Assembly (NCBI GenBank): GCA_032123335.1
Contig: JAQBFN010000049.1
Span: 1 to 28,485, forward strand
DNA length: 28,485 nucleotides
Source: Candidatus Micrarchaeota archaeon
GTDB taxonomy: Archaea > Micrarchaeota > Micrarchaeia > Anstonellales > Bilamarchaeaceae
Reading direction: 5' to 3'
The notes below the pieces were generated by a model. That model was given only the letters and a program-made list of their open reading frames with translations. It was not told the origin of the DNA and made no database searches. Within the stretch, counting starts at the first letter, position 1. The number at the start of each line of letters is the position of its first letter. Positions 18,555 through 26,565 of this stretch are shown here, one piece after another. A program made the position numbers and the translations under genes.

Positions 18555-19547
18555 TCAGGCTCTCCTTCCCAGCTTCATGGGTGATTTGGAAGACTCAAAC
18601 TGCCCCACAACGGTTTTCACCTGCGCAGGGGTTTTCCACATGCGTTTCCACCCATCAAAGAATTTCGCGCCTTCCACCACGTTTCTGGAATCGATACGTG
18701 TTATCCCGAGCGCCCTTTTCGCGCGCACTTTCGTTCCCCAATATTCAAGCGGGCGGTAGACCGAAGGTGTTCCCACAAACCCGATGGCATTTTTCAATTT
18801 CCCGGACCGGTACTCGCCTGCAAATTCCGTGTGGGAATGGGATGAGATTAAGGGCGCCCCCGCACCTGAAATCGCTTCGAGCACCCCCTCCGCCTGCCAC
18901 AGTCCCTTGGGCGCGTTCTTTTTATAAATAAGCCCAGGGATAAAGCTCAGTTGCTCCGGGGGAAAGTGTGAAAGCACAATTTTTTTCATGTCGATGTCCA
19001 GGGAAAGCTCCCTTTTCAGGAATCCCGCATCAACCAGTGCAGGTGATGGGGCAGAAAGCATAATCAGCTTGGTTTCGCTGTTGAGCGCAAGCACGTAGTC
19101 TTCCATTTCCTCCCTGGACACAATGCCGGATAGGAGGAGTTTTGCGATTTCCCTGGGCCCATCATGGTTCCCAAAAACAACGTGTGGAACAAATCCCGCT
19201 TCCTTCAGGGAGAGGTAAAGTTTTGCGAATTCCTCCCACTGCTCTTCCTGGTCTTTGCACCTGGTTGCATTCCTGGGAAAATGAATCATGTCTCCATTAA
19301 AAATTACGTGCATCCCTATGCTGCCCCCGGAAAGAAGCTTGAGCGAATTCAGGATTCTACTGGTTTTCGTGGAATATCCCTCATCCTGTTTGTGGTGCAG
19401 GTCCCCGATTACGAAGAACTCGCTCTCCAGGTCAAGTGGAATCCGCGGGGAATCAGAATCCAGGCTGCCGGTGGCAATCGCTGCTGCCCCACAAAGCAGG
19501 AGCTCTCCTGCGGATGCAAGGAACTTTCTTCGGGTAATTCTGCCCAT
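18555..19547 (-). CDS. calcineurin-like metallophosphoesterase with twin-arginine N-terminus (copy 2)
   Basis: ITRRKFL; GDLH, NGD, GNHD, SHFP, SHSH; colinear with copy 1 (HFPP, VGTPSV). Confidence 0.9.
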   Translation of the reverse strand: MGRITRRKFLASAGELLLCGAAAIATGSLDSDSPRIPLDLESEFFVIGDLHHKQDEGYSTKTSRILNSLKLLSGGSIGMHVIFNGDMIHFPRNATRCKDQEEQWEEFAKLYLSLKEAGFVPHVVFGNHDGPREIAKLLLSGIVSREEMEDYVLALNSETKLIMLSAPSPALVDAGFLKRELSLDIDMKKIVLSHFPPEQLSFIPGLIYKKNAPKGLWQAEGVLEAISGAGAPLISSHSHTEFAGEYRSGKLKNAIGFVGTPSVYRPLEYWGTKVRAKRALGITRIDSRNVVEGAKFFDGWKRMWKTPAQVKTVVGQFESSKSPMKLGRRA

Positions 19548-19573
19548 GTATCCATTTATGTTTAGAAATGTAT

Positions 19574-20467
19574 TTAAGCCTCAATCACGGTCCCGGCTTT
19601 CCCCTCAATCGCCTGCTCAATATCTTCCAGCGAGCAAATAACCGCCCTCCAGCCACCTTTTTCCACAAAATCTATGCAGGATTCCACCTTGGGCCTCATG
19701 CTCCCCTCTGCAAAGTGCCCTTCCCCCATAAGTTTCCTGGCTTCCTTAACACTAATCCTGTCCAATCCCCGCTGATTCTCCCTTCCAAAATCCAAATACA
19801 CCTTATCTATGGATGTCGCAATAACCAGCAGGTTCGCCTTAATCTCTTCCGCAATCAAAGCACTCGCCCTATCCTTATCTATTACCGCAGCAATCCCCGC
19901 AAGCCTCCCCCCGTTCCTAAACACAGGAATTCCCCCTCCTCCCGCAGCAATAACGATTATCCCTGCCTTAAGCAGGCTCTTGATCGCTTCAATCTCCACA
20001 ACATCAAGCGGAATCGGGGAAGGCACAACCTTTCTCCAGCCCCTTCCCGCATCAAGCACCATATCCTCAGAAACCTTTTCCTCGTAAAACGGCCCAACCG
20101 GCTTATTCGGGTTAGAGAACCCCGGGTCATCCTTATTCACAACTATCTGCGTAATCAGTGTGGCAACGGTCCGGTGGCTAACCTTCTCAAGCTCGCTCTG
20201 GATTAAGTATCCAAGCTGTCCCTGGGTCATTGCATCGCACACATCCATGGGCATTGCAGCAACCTCCTTCTTGGAAAGCTCCTGTTGAATCAGCAAATTC
20301 CCTATTTGCGGCCCGTTCCCATGCGTAATAACCAATTCGTTCCCCTGCTCGATAATGCGCGCAATGGATGCGCAGGTTTTTGCTATATTTCCCCTCTGCT
20401 CATCTGCGGTCCCTTTTTGCCCCTTTGCAAGCAATGCATTTCCGCCGAGCGCAAGCACTATCTTCAT
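19574..20467 (-). CDS. arcC: carbamate kinase
   Basis: MKIVLALGGNAL, THGNGPQIG, GGGGIPV, AVIDKD, GSMRPKV; start at ATG 20467. Confidence 0.97.
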   Translation of the reverse strand: MKIVLALGGNALLAKGQKGTADEQRGNIAKTCASIARIIEQGNELVITHGNGPQIGNLLIQQELSKKEVAAMPMDVCDAMTQGQLGYLIQSELEKVSHRTVATLITQIVVNKDDPGFSNPNKPVGPFYEEKVSEDMVLDAGRGWRKVVPSPIPLDVVEIEAIKSLLKAGIIVIAAGGGGIPVFRNGGRLAGIAAVIDKDRASALIAEEIKANLLVIATSIDKVYLDFGRENQRGLDRISVKEARKLMGEGHFAEGSMRPKVESCIDFVEKGGWRAVICSLEDIEQAIEGKAGTVIEA

Positions 20468-20572
20468 GCATCTAATTCTACATTCCAGAATTAAAACCCT
20501 TTTCTCGGAACACCCCACATTTTTATTGCCTTCGGTCCACAAATAATACCATATATTCCAAAAAGTGATAAC

Positions 20573-21472
20573 ATGGATGAACTAATCCAATCAATGAAAG
20601 AGTTCCTCTCCAATGAACCTGAAAAGCGTTTTGGGGAGCTAATGGCAATACTCAATTACTCAGAGAATGCCCAGGCAATGGGTGCACTGGGCCTTGTCTT
20701 TCCTGCCTGCACTAAAGAAGAACGACTTATAATCTCCCAGAACATGGGCGATGAGAGGCTGGAAGATCCCCAGTTTACTATCCCGCGTCCGCTGATAGGG
20801 TCTTTTTTTGCTGATGCGCGCATTGAAGCTGGGTCGGATGCAATTTCTGAACTCTACTGCAGCCTCTTTGGCCACGAGAACCCTGAACTCAGGGAAAACA
20901 CCCTCTCCCTTCTTGAGCAGGGAGTAGTCCCCCTTGATGAGCACACCACGTGCCAGCTGATACTTATGCTTGGGGACCCCGAAGAAAAAATCAGGGAGCT
21001 TGCAGCAGAAACGACCCTGCTTTATTCTGATTCTGGGGATGTGCTCCCGGAACAATTCGTTAGCACATTTTACATGGGAAACACCAGGGCAGGCAAATTC
21101 CTTGCACAGGAAATTTCCACGCGCGAAGACGCAGTGATGTTCCTCTACCTCTGCTTTGCATATTCAGAAAAGGGGCAGGCAGAAACCACAGATCCGGAGT
21201 TCTCCAGCATTCTCATCACATCCCTTCATTCTTCCCTGGACAAATCAAAAATCGATTTTCCTGAACCAGTTTCCGATGCGCTTGAGCTTTTCTGTGCACG
21301 CACCACCAACCTAAGGCAATTAACCAAAAAGGAAAAAGCACTGCTCACAAGAGACCTGAGAAAGGAAGTGCAGGAACTCATTAATGCAACGGGCGGAAAC
21401 CTCCCATCAAGGTTCCCAAAGCCGAACAAAGACCTTCTGGTTTCAAAAACAATAGAAAAAACAAAAGCCTAG
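20573..21472 (+). CDS. acidic helical protein with HEAT-like repeats
   Basis: LFGHENPELRENTLSLL and LILMLGDPEEKIRELAAETTL resemble HEAT repeats. Confidence 0.6.
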   Translation: MDELIQSMKEFLSNEPEKRFGELMAILNYSENAQAMGALGLVFPACTKEERLIISQNMGDERLEDPQFTIPRPLIGSFFADARIEAGSDAISELYCSLFGHENPELRENTLSLLEQGVVPLDEHTTCQLILMLGDPEEKIRELAAETTLLYSDSGDVLPEQFVSTFYMGNTRAGKFLAQEISTREDAVMFLYLCFAYSEKGQAETTDPEFSSILITSLHSSLDKSKIDFPEPVSDALELFCARTTNLRQLTKKEKALLTRDLRKEVQELINATGGNLPSRFPKPNKDLLVSKTIEKTKA

Positions 21473-22263
21473 TAACTCCGGTATTTATTTTTTATGAACA
21501 TTTCCCATGCATTTACTAGATATACTCCTTCCCCCTCTTCATTCACCAGGATTCTGTTTTCCTTTCCCACTTCCGCCATCCTGTTTTTTACTTCCTGCAG
21601 GGACTTTGGAAATGAAAAAAGCAGGCTTTCTTCATGGACGCCTTCTTCCCTGGAAAGGGAAACCAGCTCACTTCCAGTTACATGCCCAATCCCGTTTTCC
21701 AGCAATTCCATGATTGCAGGGCACCCGGCATCCATTATGACTGTTCCTTTATCATCCCTGGTTCCATCCTCCAGTTCCATTTGTATCCAGGACACGTTCA
21801 GGGGGTAAGCCATGCATACAGATGCGCGCGCATCATAAATCTCGCAGCCGAATGCCCCATATCCTCTTTCCCGCCCATCGCTGTATATCAGGGTTTTGTG
21901 ATTGATTTTCCCTCCCTCCCAGCTAAGGAACCCGCACGCATTCATCTTCATGGGAACTCCAATATCATAATACCTGCTTCCGGACCTTCCCATCCCCATG
22001 TTTTCCACTATGAATTCCTTCCTCCTCCCCCCGATTAGCCCCATTATGGTTTCATAATTCGCATCCGTTTCCCCAATGCTGAATGCCCCCCTGCAGCATT
22101 TTGAGCATCTTTTGCAGTGATATGAAGAGAGTATATCCTTAATCGCCCTTCTTTCTCCCGCTTCCCTCTTGGGAAGTTTCGCCAGCATCCGTTTCCCGCC
22201 CGGAGCTTTCACTAGGTGCGTATCGGTGTATCTGAACTGGGTTATTTTTGGGCCTAGTTGCAT
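21469..22263 (-). CDS. YkgJ/UPF0153 family cysteine-cluster (CxxCxxCC) protein
   Basis: CKRCSKCC...CGFL...CEIYDARASVCMAYP. Confidence 0.88.
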   Translation of the reverse strand: MQLGPKITQFRYTDTHLVKAPGGKRMLAKLPKREAGERRAIKDILSSYHCKRCSKCCRGAFSIGETDANYETIMGLIGGRRKEFIVENMGMGRSGSRYYDIGVPMKMNACGFLSWEGGKINHKTLIYSDGRERGYGAFGCEIYDARASVCMAYPLNVSWIQMELEDGTRDDKGTVIMDAGCPAIMELLENGIGHVTGSELVSLSREEGVHEESLLFSFPKSLQEVKNRMAEVGKENRILVNEEGEGVYLVNAWEMFIKNKYRSY

Positions 22264-22369
22264 TGCCTAGAACTGTTGTCCCAAGGGTATAAAAAGTTAC
22301 CCTTTGAGTGGGTTTGTGTTTATGCGGGTTTTAATCTTTTTCTCCACCCAATAATTCCTAGGCGATTGA

Positions 22370-22708
22370 ATGGGCGGAAAGCAAAAAAAGAAGCCAAAAA
22401 GCGGCAAGAAAGAGCCCAGCATATTTGATAAGCCCATGGAAAACCCATTTCTTGATTTTGTAGTAAAAGAGAAAGTGCCCGTAAAAACGGAAAATGGGAA
22501 AGACCTGTTCGATAAGCCCATGGAAAACCCCTTCACTCAAGAGGAAGAAAAACCGCCTGCAGAGGGAAAACCCCAAGCAGCTCTCGTGCCCAGAAAAGTG
22601 GCAGCTACAGCAATCCAGATGCCCAAGCGCAAGAGCCGGGAAGAGGTTTCCGCAACCCGGGGCTGGACCCATGCAGTAAAGCAACTCCCAAAAAAGAAAA
22701 ATTCCTGA
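22370..22708 (+). CDS. hypothetical Lys/Pro-rich protein with an internal repeat
   Basis: Fills the gap, host-like composition; FDKPMENPF occurs twice. Confidence 0.65.
   Translation: MGGKQKKKPKSGKKEPSIFDKPMENPFLDFVVKEKVPVKTENGKDLFDKPMENPFTQEEEKPPAEGKPQAALVPRKVAATAIQMPKRKSREEVSATRGWTHAVKQLPKKKNS
22427..22530 (+). repeat. 20-bp direct repeat gataagcccatggaaaaccc
   Basis: Exact copies at 22427-22446 and 22511-22530 (84 bp apart, in frame). Confidence 0.9.
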
Positions 22709-22757
22709 TTTTTGCTTCGTTTTTTATTACTTTTGCCCCATATCCTTATTCGGTGAA

Positions 22758-23840
22758 ATGATGCCAGTAGAAAAAGAATCCTCAGAAGAAGCACTTAGGA
22801 AAATAGTCCCTGTGAAATCCATTCCTGAACAGCTCAGTAATATTGCGAATGTTGAGCCGCACATCGAAATCATAAAGAGCCTTGAGAATAAGCAATCCCG
22901 GAACAACGACCAGGAACTCTTTCTCCTGGATCTGAAGCTTTATGTTGCAAATGAGCTGGAATATGCAAAGGGCCAGCTTTCCGAAGGCCAGCGCCCGGAT
23001 GCTGCCCAGTACATCGCCACCCTCCTGAATGAATTCGGCATGAATAAGGATGTGCAGGAAATGAAGGGGGACAGGCCGGTTCTCACCTCAGAGCAGATGG
23101 AAAAGGAACTTCTTGAATACTATGTACAGGAATATCAGCTTGGGATGAGAACTTCCGGGGAGGGAGGCGAAAAGCTGAGGAATTATGCTGAGAAAGAGCT
23201 CCAGGTTTACCTGAAGGCAACCGGCATGGAAAGCCTTGTCGACCTTGGGAAGCGCGCAGGCATACTCGACAGCAACCAGATGGAGGTTCTTGCGTATTGC
23301 GATCCCAAACCCGAATTCGCAAAGCCTGCACCAGCAACCGAGATTGCAATGCTTGAAGAAAAGAAACCTGAAGGGGGGGCTCACACAATGGACTTCACTA
23401 AAGAAGAGGCTGAAAAGGAAGAGGGAGCGCTTGCAATGCCCGAGAAGGCTCCCCGGGAAGAAGAAGGCGGAGTTGCCTTTGCCCTCAGGGGTGAGGGGGT
23501 TCCTGTGGACCGCCTTGCAAAATTAGTGGATGACCTCGTGGATGAGAGGCGGGGCAGCATGCCACTTGAGGAATTCCAGAAAATCCGGGAAAGTGCAGAG
23601 CTCCTCAAGAACACGTACAAGAAATACTCTGATCTCAAGCAGGAAATTGGCAGCGCTGAGCCAACCACTGAGCAGCTTAAGCAGCTGGATAACCATATGC
23701 AGGTTATTGAGGACACACAGAAAAAGATTATTGAATCCATGGGTGCAGAAGGCGCGAAAAACGTGCTGGACGTTATTGGGTACCTGGCCCCCGAGCACAG
23801 GATGGTCCAGCAGGAACTTTCCAGGAGGAAAGTTGCGTAA
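22758..23840 (+). CDS. hypothetical acidic helical protein
   Basis: 360-aa ORF, GGTGA RBS, host-like codon use; no family recognised. Confidence 0.85.
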   Translation: MMPVEKESSEEALRKIVPVKSIPEQLSNIANVEPHIEIIKSLENKQSRNNDQELFLLDLKLYVANELEYAKGQLSEGQRPDAAQYIATLLNEFGMNKDVQEMKGDRPVLTSEQMEKELLEYYVQEYQLGMRTSGEGGEKLRNYAEKELQVYLKATGMESLVDLGKRAGILDSNQMEVLAYCDPKPEFAKPAPATEIAMLEEKKPEGGAHTMDFTKEEAEKEEGALAMPEKAPREEEGGVAFALRGEGVPVDRLAKLVDDLVDERRGSMPLEEFQKIRESAELLKNTYKKYSDLKQEIGSAEPTTEQLKQLDNHMQVIEDTQKKIIESMGAEGAKNVLDVIGYLAPEHRMVQQELSRRKVA

Positions 23841-23854
23841 ATAGGTGTTTTTTC

Positions 23855-24409
23855 ATGCCTGAAGAATGGATAAATATCGGAATTTCAATAATTGTTCCAA
23901 ATGAAAAGCTGGATGGCATAACTACGCTCCTGCAGCCCTATGCAGATGAGATTGGCTGGGAACTTTCTTCCACTTCCCCGGAAAAAGAGGCCAAATCCCA
24001 AATCCTGATTGCACCCTCTTCAGGGAGGATTTCCCCTGAAGAGCTGAACGAGCGAATAAACAAAATTGCAGGTGTTTCATTTGGCCTGCTAAAGGACCTC
24101 GCTTACATGGGCGACCGTGAAAAAGCCCTCAAGAATTATATGCAGGGATTTGTCCTCACCGTTGCCCGGCACCCCAAATCCAAAAAGGAAATCCTTTTCA
24201 TTGGGCACACAATGGGCTTCCTTTGGTTCAATTATCCTCTTGAATTGCGCATGAAGCTGGAAAAAGAAAACAACGAACTCGCGCTTTCCCTCTTTTTCAA
24301 GCAGACTGCGGAAGAGCAGCTACGGGAATATTTCCAGAAGAAAAAGCCCGAGGAGCATGATGCGGGAATCAAGGAGACCCTAGAGAAAATTTATGGTTTC
24401 AAACTATAA
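23855..24409 (+). CDS. hypothetical protein
   Basis: 184-aa ORF 14 bp after the previous gene, AGGTG RBS. Confidence 0.8.
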   Translation: MPEEWINIGISIIVPNEKLDGITTLLQPYADEIGWELSSTSPEKEAKSQILIAPSSGRISPEELNERINKIAGVSFGLLKDLAYMGDREKALKNYMQGFVLTVARHPKSKKEILFIGHTMGFLWFNYPLELRMKLEKENNELALSLFFKQTAEEQLREYFQKKKPEEHDAGIKETLEKIYGFKL

Positions 24410-24434
24410 CTAAAATAAAATAAAAAGGAAAGTG

Positions 24435-24752
24435 CTATTTGCAGCACTCGCACTTCTTTTTTCTGAGTACAGCCCCAACTGCGAATGCAATTGCAGCAGC
24501 AACCGCGGTTCCGATTGCAGCAGCAACCGCCGGGTTTTTCTTAACATACTTCTGGAAATGCTTTCTTGCTGCTTTCCATTCCTTGTCTGCCTTGTCCAGC
24601 TCTTTCTTTGCGATCTTCTGCGCTTTCTCAAGGTCCTTCTTCAGTTCCTTTTCCCTTGCGCCCATCTTCGTGGCTTTCTTCTTGGTTGCTTTTTTCTTTG
24701 CAACCTTCTTCATGGTTTTCTTCACGGTTTTCTTTTTCCTTTTAGCTGCCAT
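24435..24752 (-). CDS. Lys-rich tail-anchored membrane protein, DUF883 (ElaB/YqjD)-like C-terminus
   Basis: YVKKNPAVAAAIGTAVAAAIAFAVGAVLRKK fits the DUF883 C-terminal pattern; GAGGT RBS. Confidence 0.7.
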   Translation of the reverse strand: MAAKRKKKTVKKTMKKVAKKKATKKKATKMGAREKELKKDLEKAQKIAKKELDKADKEWKAARKHFQKYVKKNPAVAAAIGTAVAAAIAFAVGAVLRKKKCECCK

Positions 24753-24802
24753 AACATGACCTCTAGCTAATGCAAGTGGTGCAACTAATAAAAAGATTGC
24801 GT

Positions 24803-25588
24803 CTAGCCAGTGTTTTCTTTCTTTCTTGTATCAAAGTAGTGTTTTTCCATAATCTTGATCAGGGCATCATGGAATTTTCTGAAACCTTGACCATATATGT
24901 CCAATTGCTCCACATATGTTTTTTCAAATAGGTTTGTTTGAATGCTTTTACTGGAAGGATCTTCTGAGATATCAACGGTACTATTCCAAACAATTTTACT
25001 ATTGATTCTTCCCGTTATTTTTGGAACTTGGTGTTCAAATCGAGTTCTCAAATTTTTTAATTCTTCTAACCACTTTTTCCATGCAAACATAAATTCCTGA
25101 GTAAAATCCTCATCATTTTTGAATACTTTACTGTATTTGTCCCCATTCTCATGAAACAATAACTGTTTTGCGAATTTATCCAGACTAAAATCTTTGCGTA
25201 TGTCTTTATTATGGACAACTTTTGCATACAATTGAATTAATTTTACAACAGCTCTTTTTGTGGATGTGATGCAGCAGTCGAAATAGAATGTTTCTTTGTC
25301 AGTGCGAATATATTCGCCTTCCAATAATGCACTCATCTCAACATCCGAATTCTTTACAATTCCACTTTCCTTTAATCTCTTCCTGATAATATTCACCAAA
25401 TCTTTTTCCAATATATCTGGGGTTCTTTCATATTCTATGACTTTTTTGCTTAAAAACTCCACTTTTGAAAGATGGTAGTAATAGATTGAAAAGTACTCTT
25501 CTATTTCAGTTTCTTCAAACAAGGCAGATAACTCTCTGGAAATTCCAAGAGATTTATATGGTATTGTTTGCTGTGGGCTTTGCTGCAT
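24803..25588 (-). CDS. putative HEPN-superfamily ribonuclease (Cthe_2314-like layout)
   Basis: Helical; FYFDCCITSTKRAVVKLIQL followed by WKKWLEELKNLRTRFEH (R-x4-H). Confidence 0.6.
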   Translation of the reverse strand: MQQSPQQTIPYKSLGISRELSALFEETEIEEYFSIYYYHLSKVEFLSKKVIEYERTPDILEKDLVNIIRKRLKESGIVKNSDVEMSALLEGEYIRTDKETFYFDCCITSTKRAVVKLIQLYAKVVHNKDIRKDFSLDKFAKQLLFHENGDKYSKVFKNDEDFTQEFMFAWKKWLEELKNLRTRFEHQVPKITGRINSKIVWNSTVDISEDPSSKSIQTNLFEKTYVEQLDIYGQGFRKFHDALIKIMEKHYFDTRKKENTG

Positions 25589-25706
25589 AATTTATCTCCA
25601 TATCTAATTACATATTTCTTCGGAAACGTTTATAAAAGTTGGAAAGGTATGTTTCCAGTATTTCCCCTGAACTCAAAACCCGAAATAGAAGACCTAAAAG
25701 AGAGAA

Positions 25707-25838
25707 TGGGCCCGATGAGATTTGAGAAATCAGTTCTCTGTTCCCTGTTTCCAGTTTCCGGTAAGATGGTCGGTCAAAACCTGACGCAACTCAGCCATTT
25801 CGGCATGTCTAGCGGAGCCTGCCAGTGCAAACAAACCC
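25707..25838 (-). pseudogene. degenerate tRNA-Val(GAC)-like element with a 63-nt insertion in the T-loop; its intact 3' part is a candidate att site
   Basis: Minus strand reads GGGTTTG-15nt-TCCGC TAGACAT GCCGA-AATGG-CTGAG TT[63 nt]CAAAT CTCAT-CGGGCCC-A; the last 19 nt (25707-25725) look like a typical archaeal tRNA 3' end. Confidence 0.55.
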
Positions 25839-25911
25839 TCCAAACCTATAAAAGACACAGGAACAACATCTAAATAGAAGAGAATAGTAGCTATTGTGCT
25901 GGTGGAAGTAT

Positions 25912-26565
25912 ATGAGGCATTATGATCTCAAATATGAGTTTCGGAATCTAAGGATCTTAGGCTATAACAAGGATTTCACTCTAGGCTATGCATACGATGC
26001 AAAAAACAGGTGCGTAATAGAATTCCCTACTGCCGATAACCGACTTGTCTTGGAAACCTTCGAAAAATTAAGTGACTATATTGGACTTCCTACTAGGACC
26101 GATAAATACCTTAAAGTGTACAAAATTTGGGAATCGTTAGGCGTTAAGCCAGACTTGGCGTGGAGAGCGATACGGGTTTCAATAAGCCATTCTAAGAGGC
26201 AGATAACCCAAAAGAACGTAGCCGAATTCCTACTTTCCAATTTTGGAGAATTAGAGATATCCTTCAAACGCAGTGGGCAATCTGCGCTTTTCTACAAGTT
26301 CTTTGCCCAATTAGTGGAGGCAACTTACGCCCAATTACTTACTAAATTAGCTGGTTCGAACCGTTTAGATGGTGGGACCTCCGAAGAGATAGTTCAGAGA
26401 TTAGACGTCATCCGTTCAATTCGGAAGTCCCCTAGGCTTTACTACTATGAAGAACCCGAGGAGGAGCTAATGAAGTACATTCCAAACCGCGTTGGAATTC
26501 CAGTAGCTTGGGGGAAAGTAAGACAAGGTGAAAAACATACCATCATTTTTCTCCAAACAAGTTGA
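25912..26565 (+). CDS. hypothetical protein (island orphan)
   Basis: ~217-aa ORF from ATG 25912 after GGTGG; atypical codon use; overlaps the convergent HEPN gene by 23 bp. Confidence 0.7.
   Translation: MRHYDLKYEFRNLRILGYNKDFTLGYAYDAKNRCVIEFPTADNRLVLETFEKLSDYIGLPTRTDKYLKVYKIWESLGVKPDLAWRAIRVSISHSKRQITQKNVAEFLLSNFGELEISFKRSGQSALFYKFFAQLVEATYAQLLTKLAGSNRLDGGTSEEIVQRLDVIRSIRKSPRLYYYEEPEEELMKYIPNRVGIPVAWGKVRQGEKHTIIFLQTS

Noticed and set aside
19568..20206. 212-aa plus-strand ORF, similar at its start to 18457-18759
   Set aside because: Antisense shadow of arcC; the similarity comes only from the duplicated block
20468..20542. N-terminal extensions in the ORF track (arcC, and also at 1423, 10938, 13596, 15760, 25894, 27433)
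   Set aside because: Downstream ATGs fit family N-termini and/or RBS positions better; the extensions run through promoter regions or overlap neighbouring genes
24432..24770. Plus-strand Phe/Leu/Cys-rich ORFs
   Set aside because: Antisense products of the Lys-rich gene at 24435-24752
25720..25795. Canonical bulge-helix-bulge intron in a functional tRNA-Val
   Set aside because: No 4-bp central helix at either splice register that restores TTCAAAT; the 5' half also has A33, a short D arm and mismatches, so it is not called functional
25568..25873. 101-aa plus-strand ORF across the island intergenic region
   Set aside because: TTG start inside the opposite gene, and it runs over the HEPN-A promoter and the tRNA-like element; probably spurious
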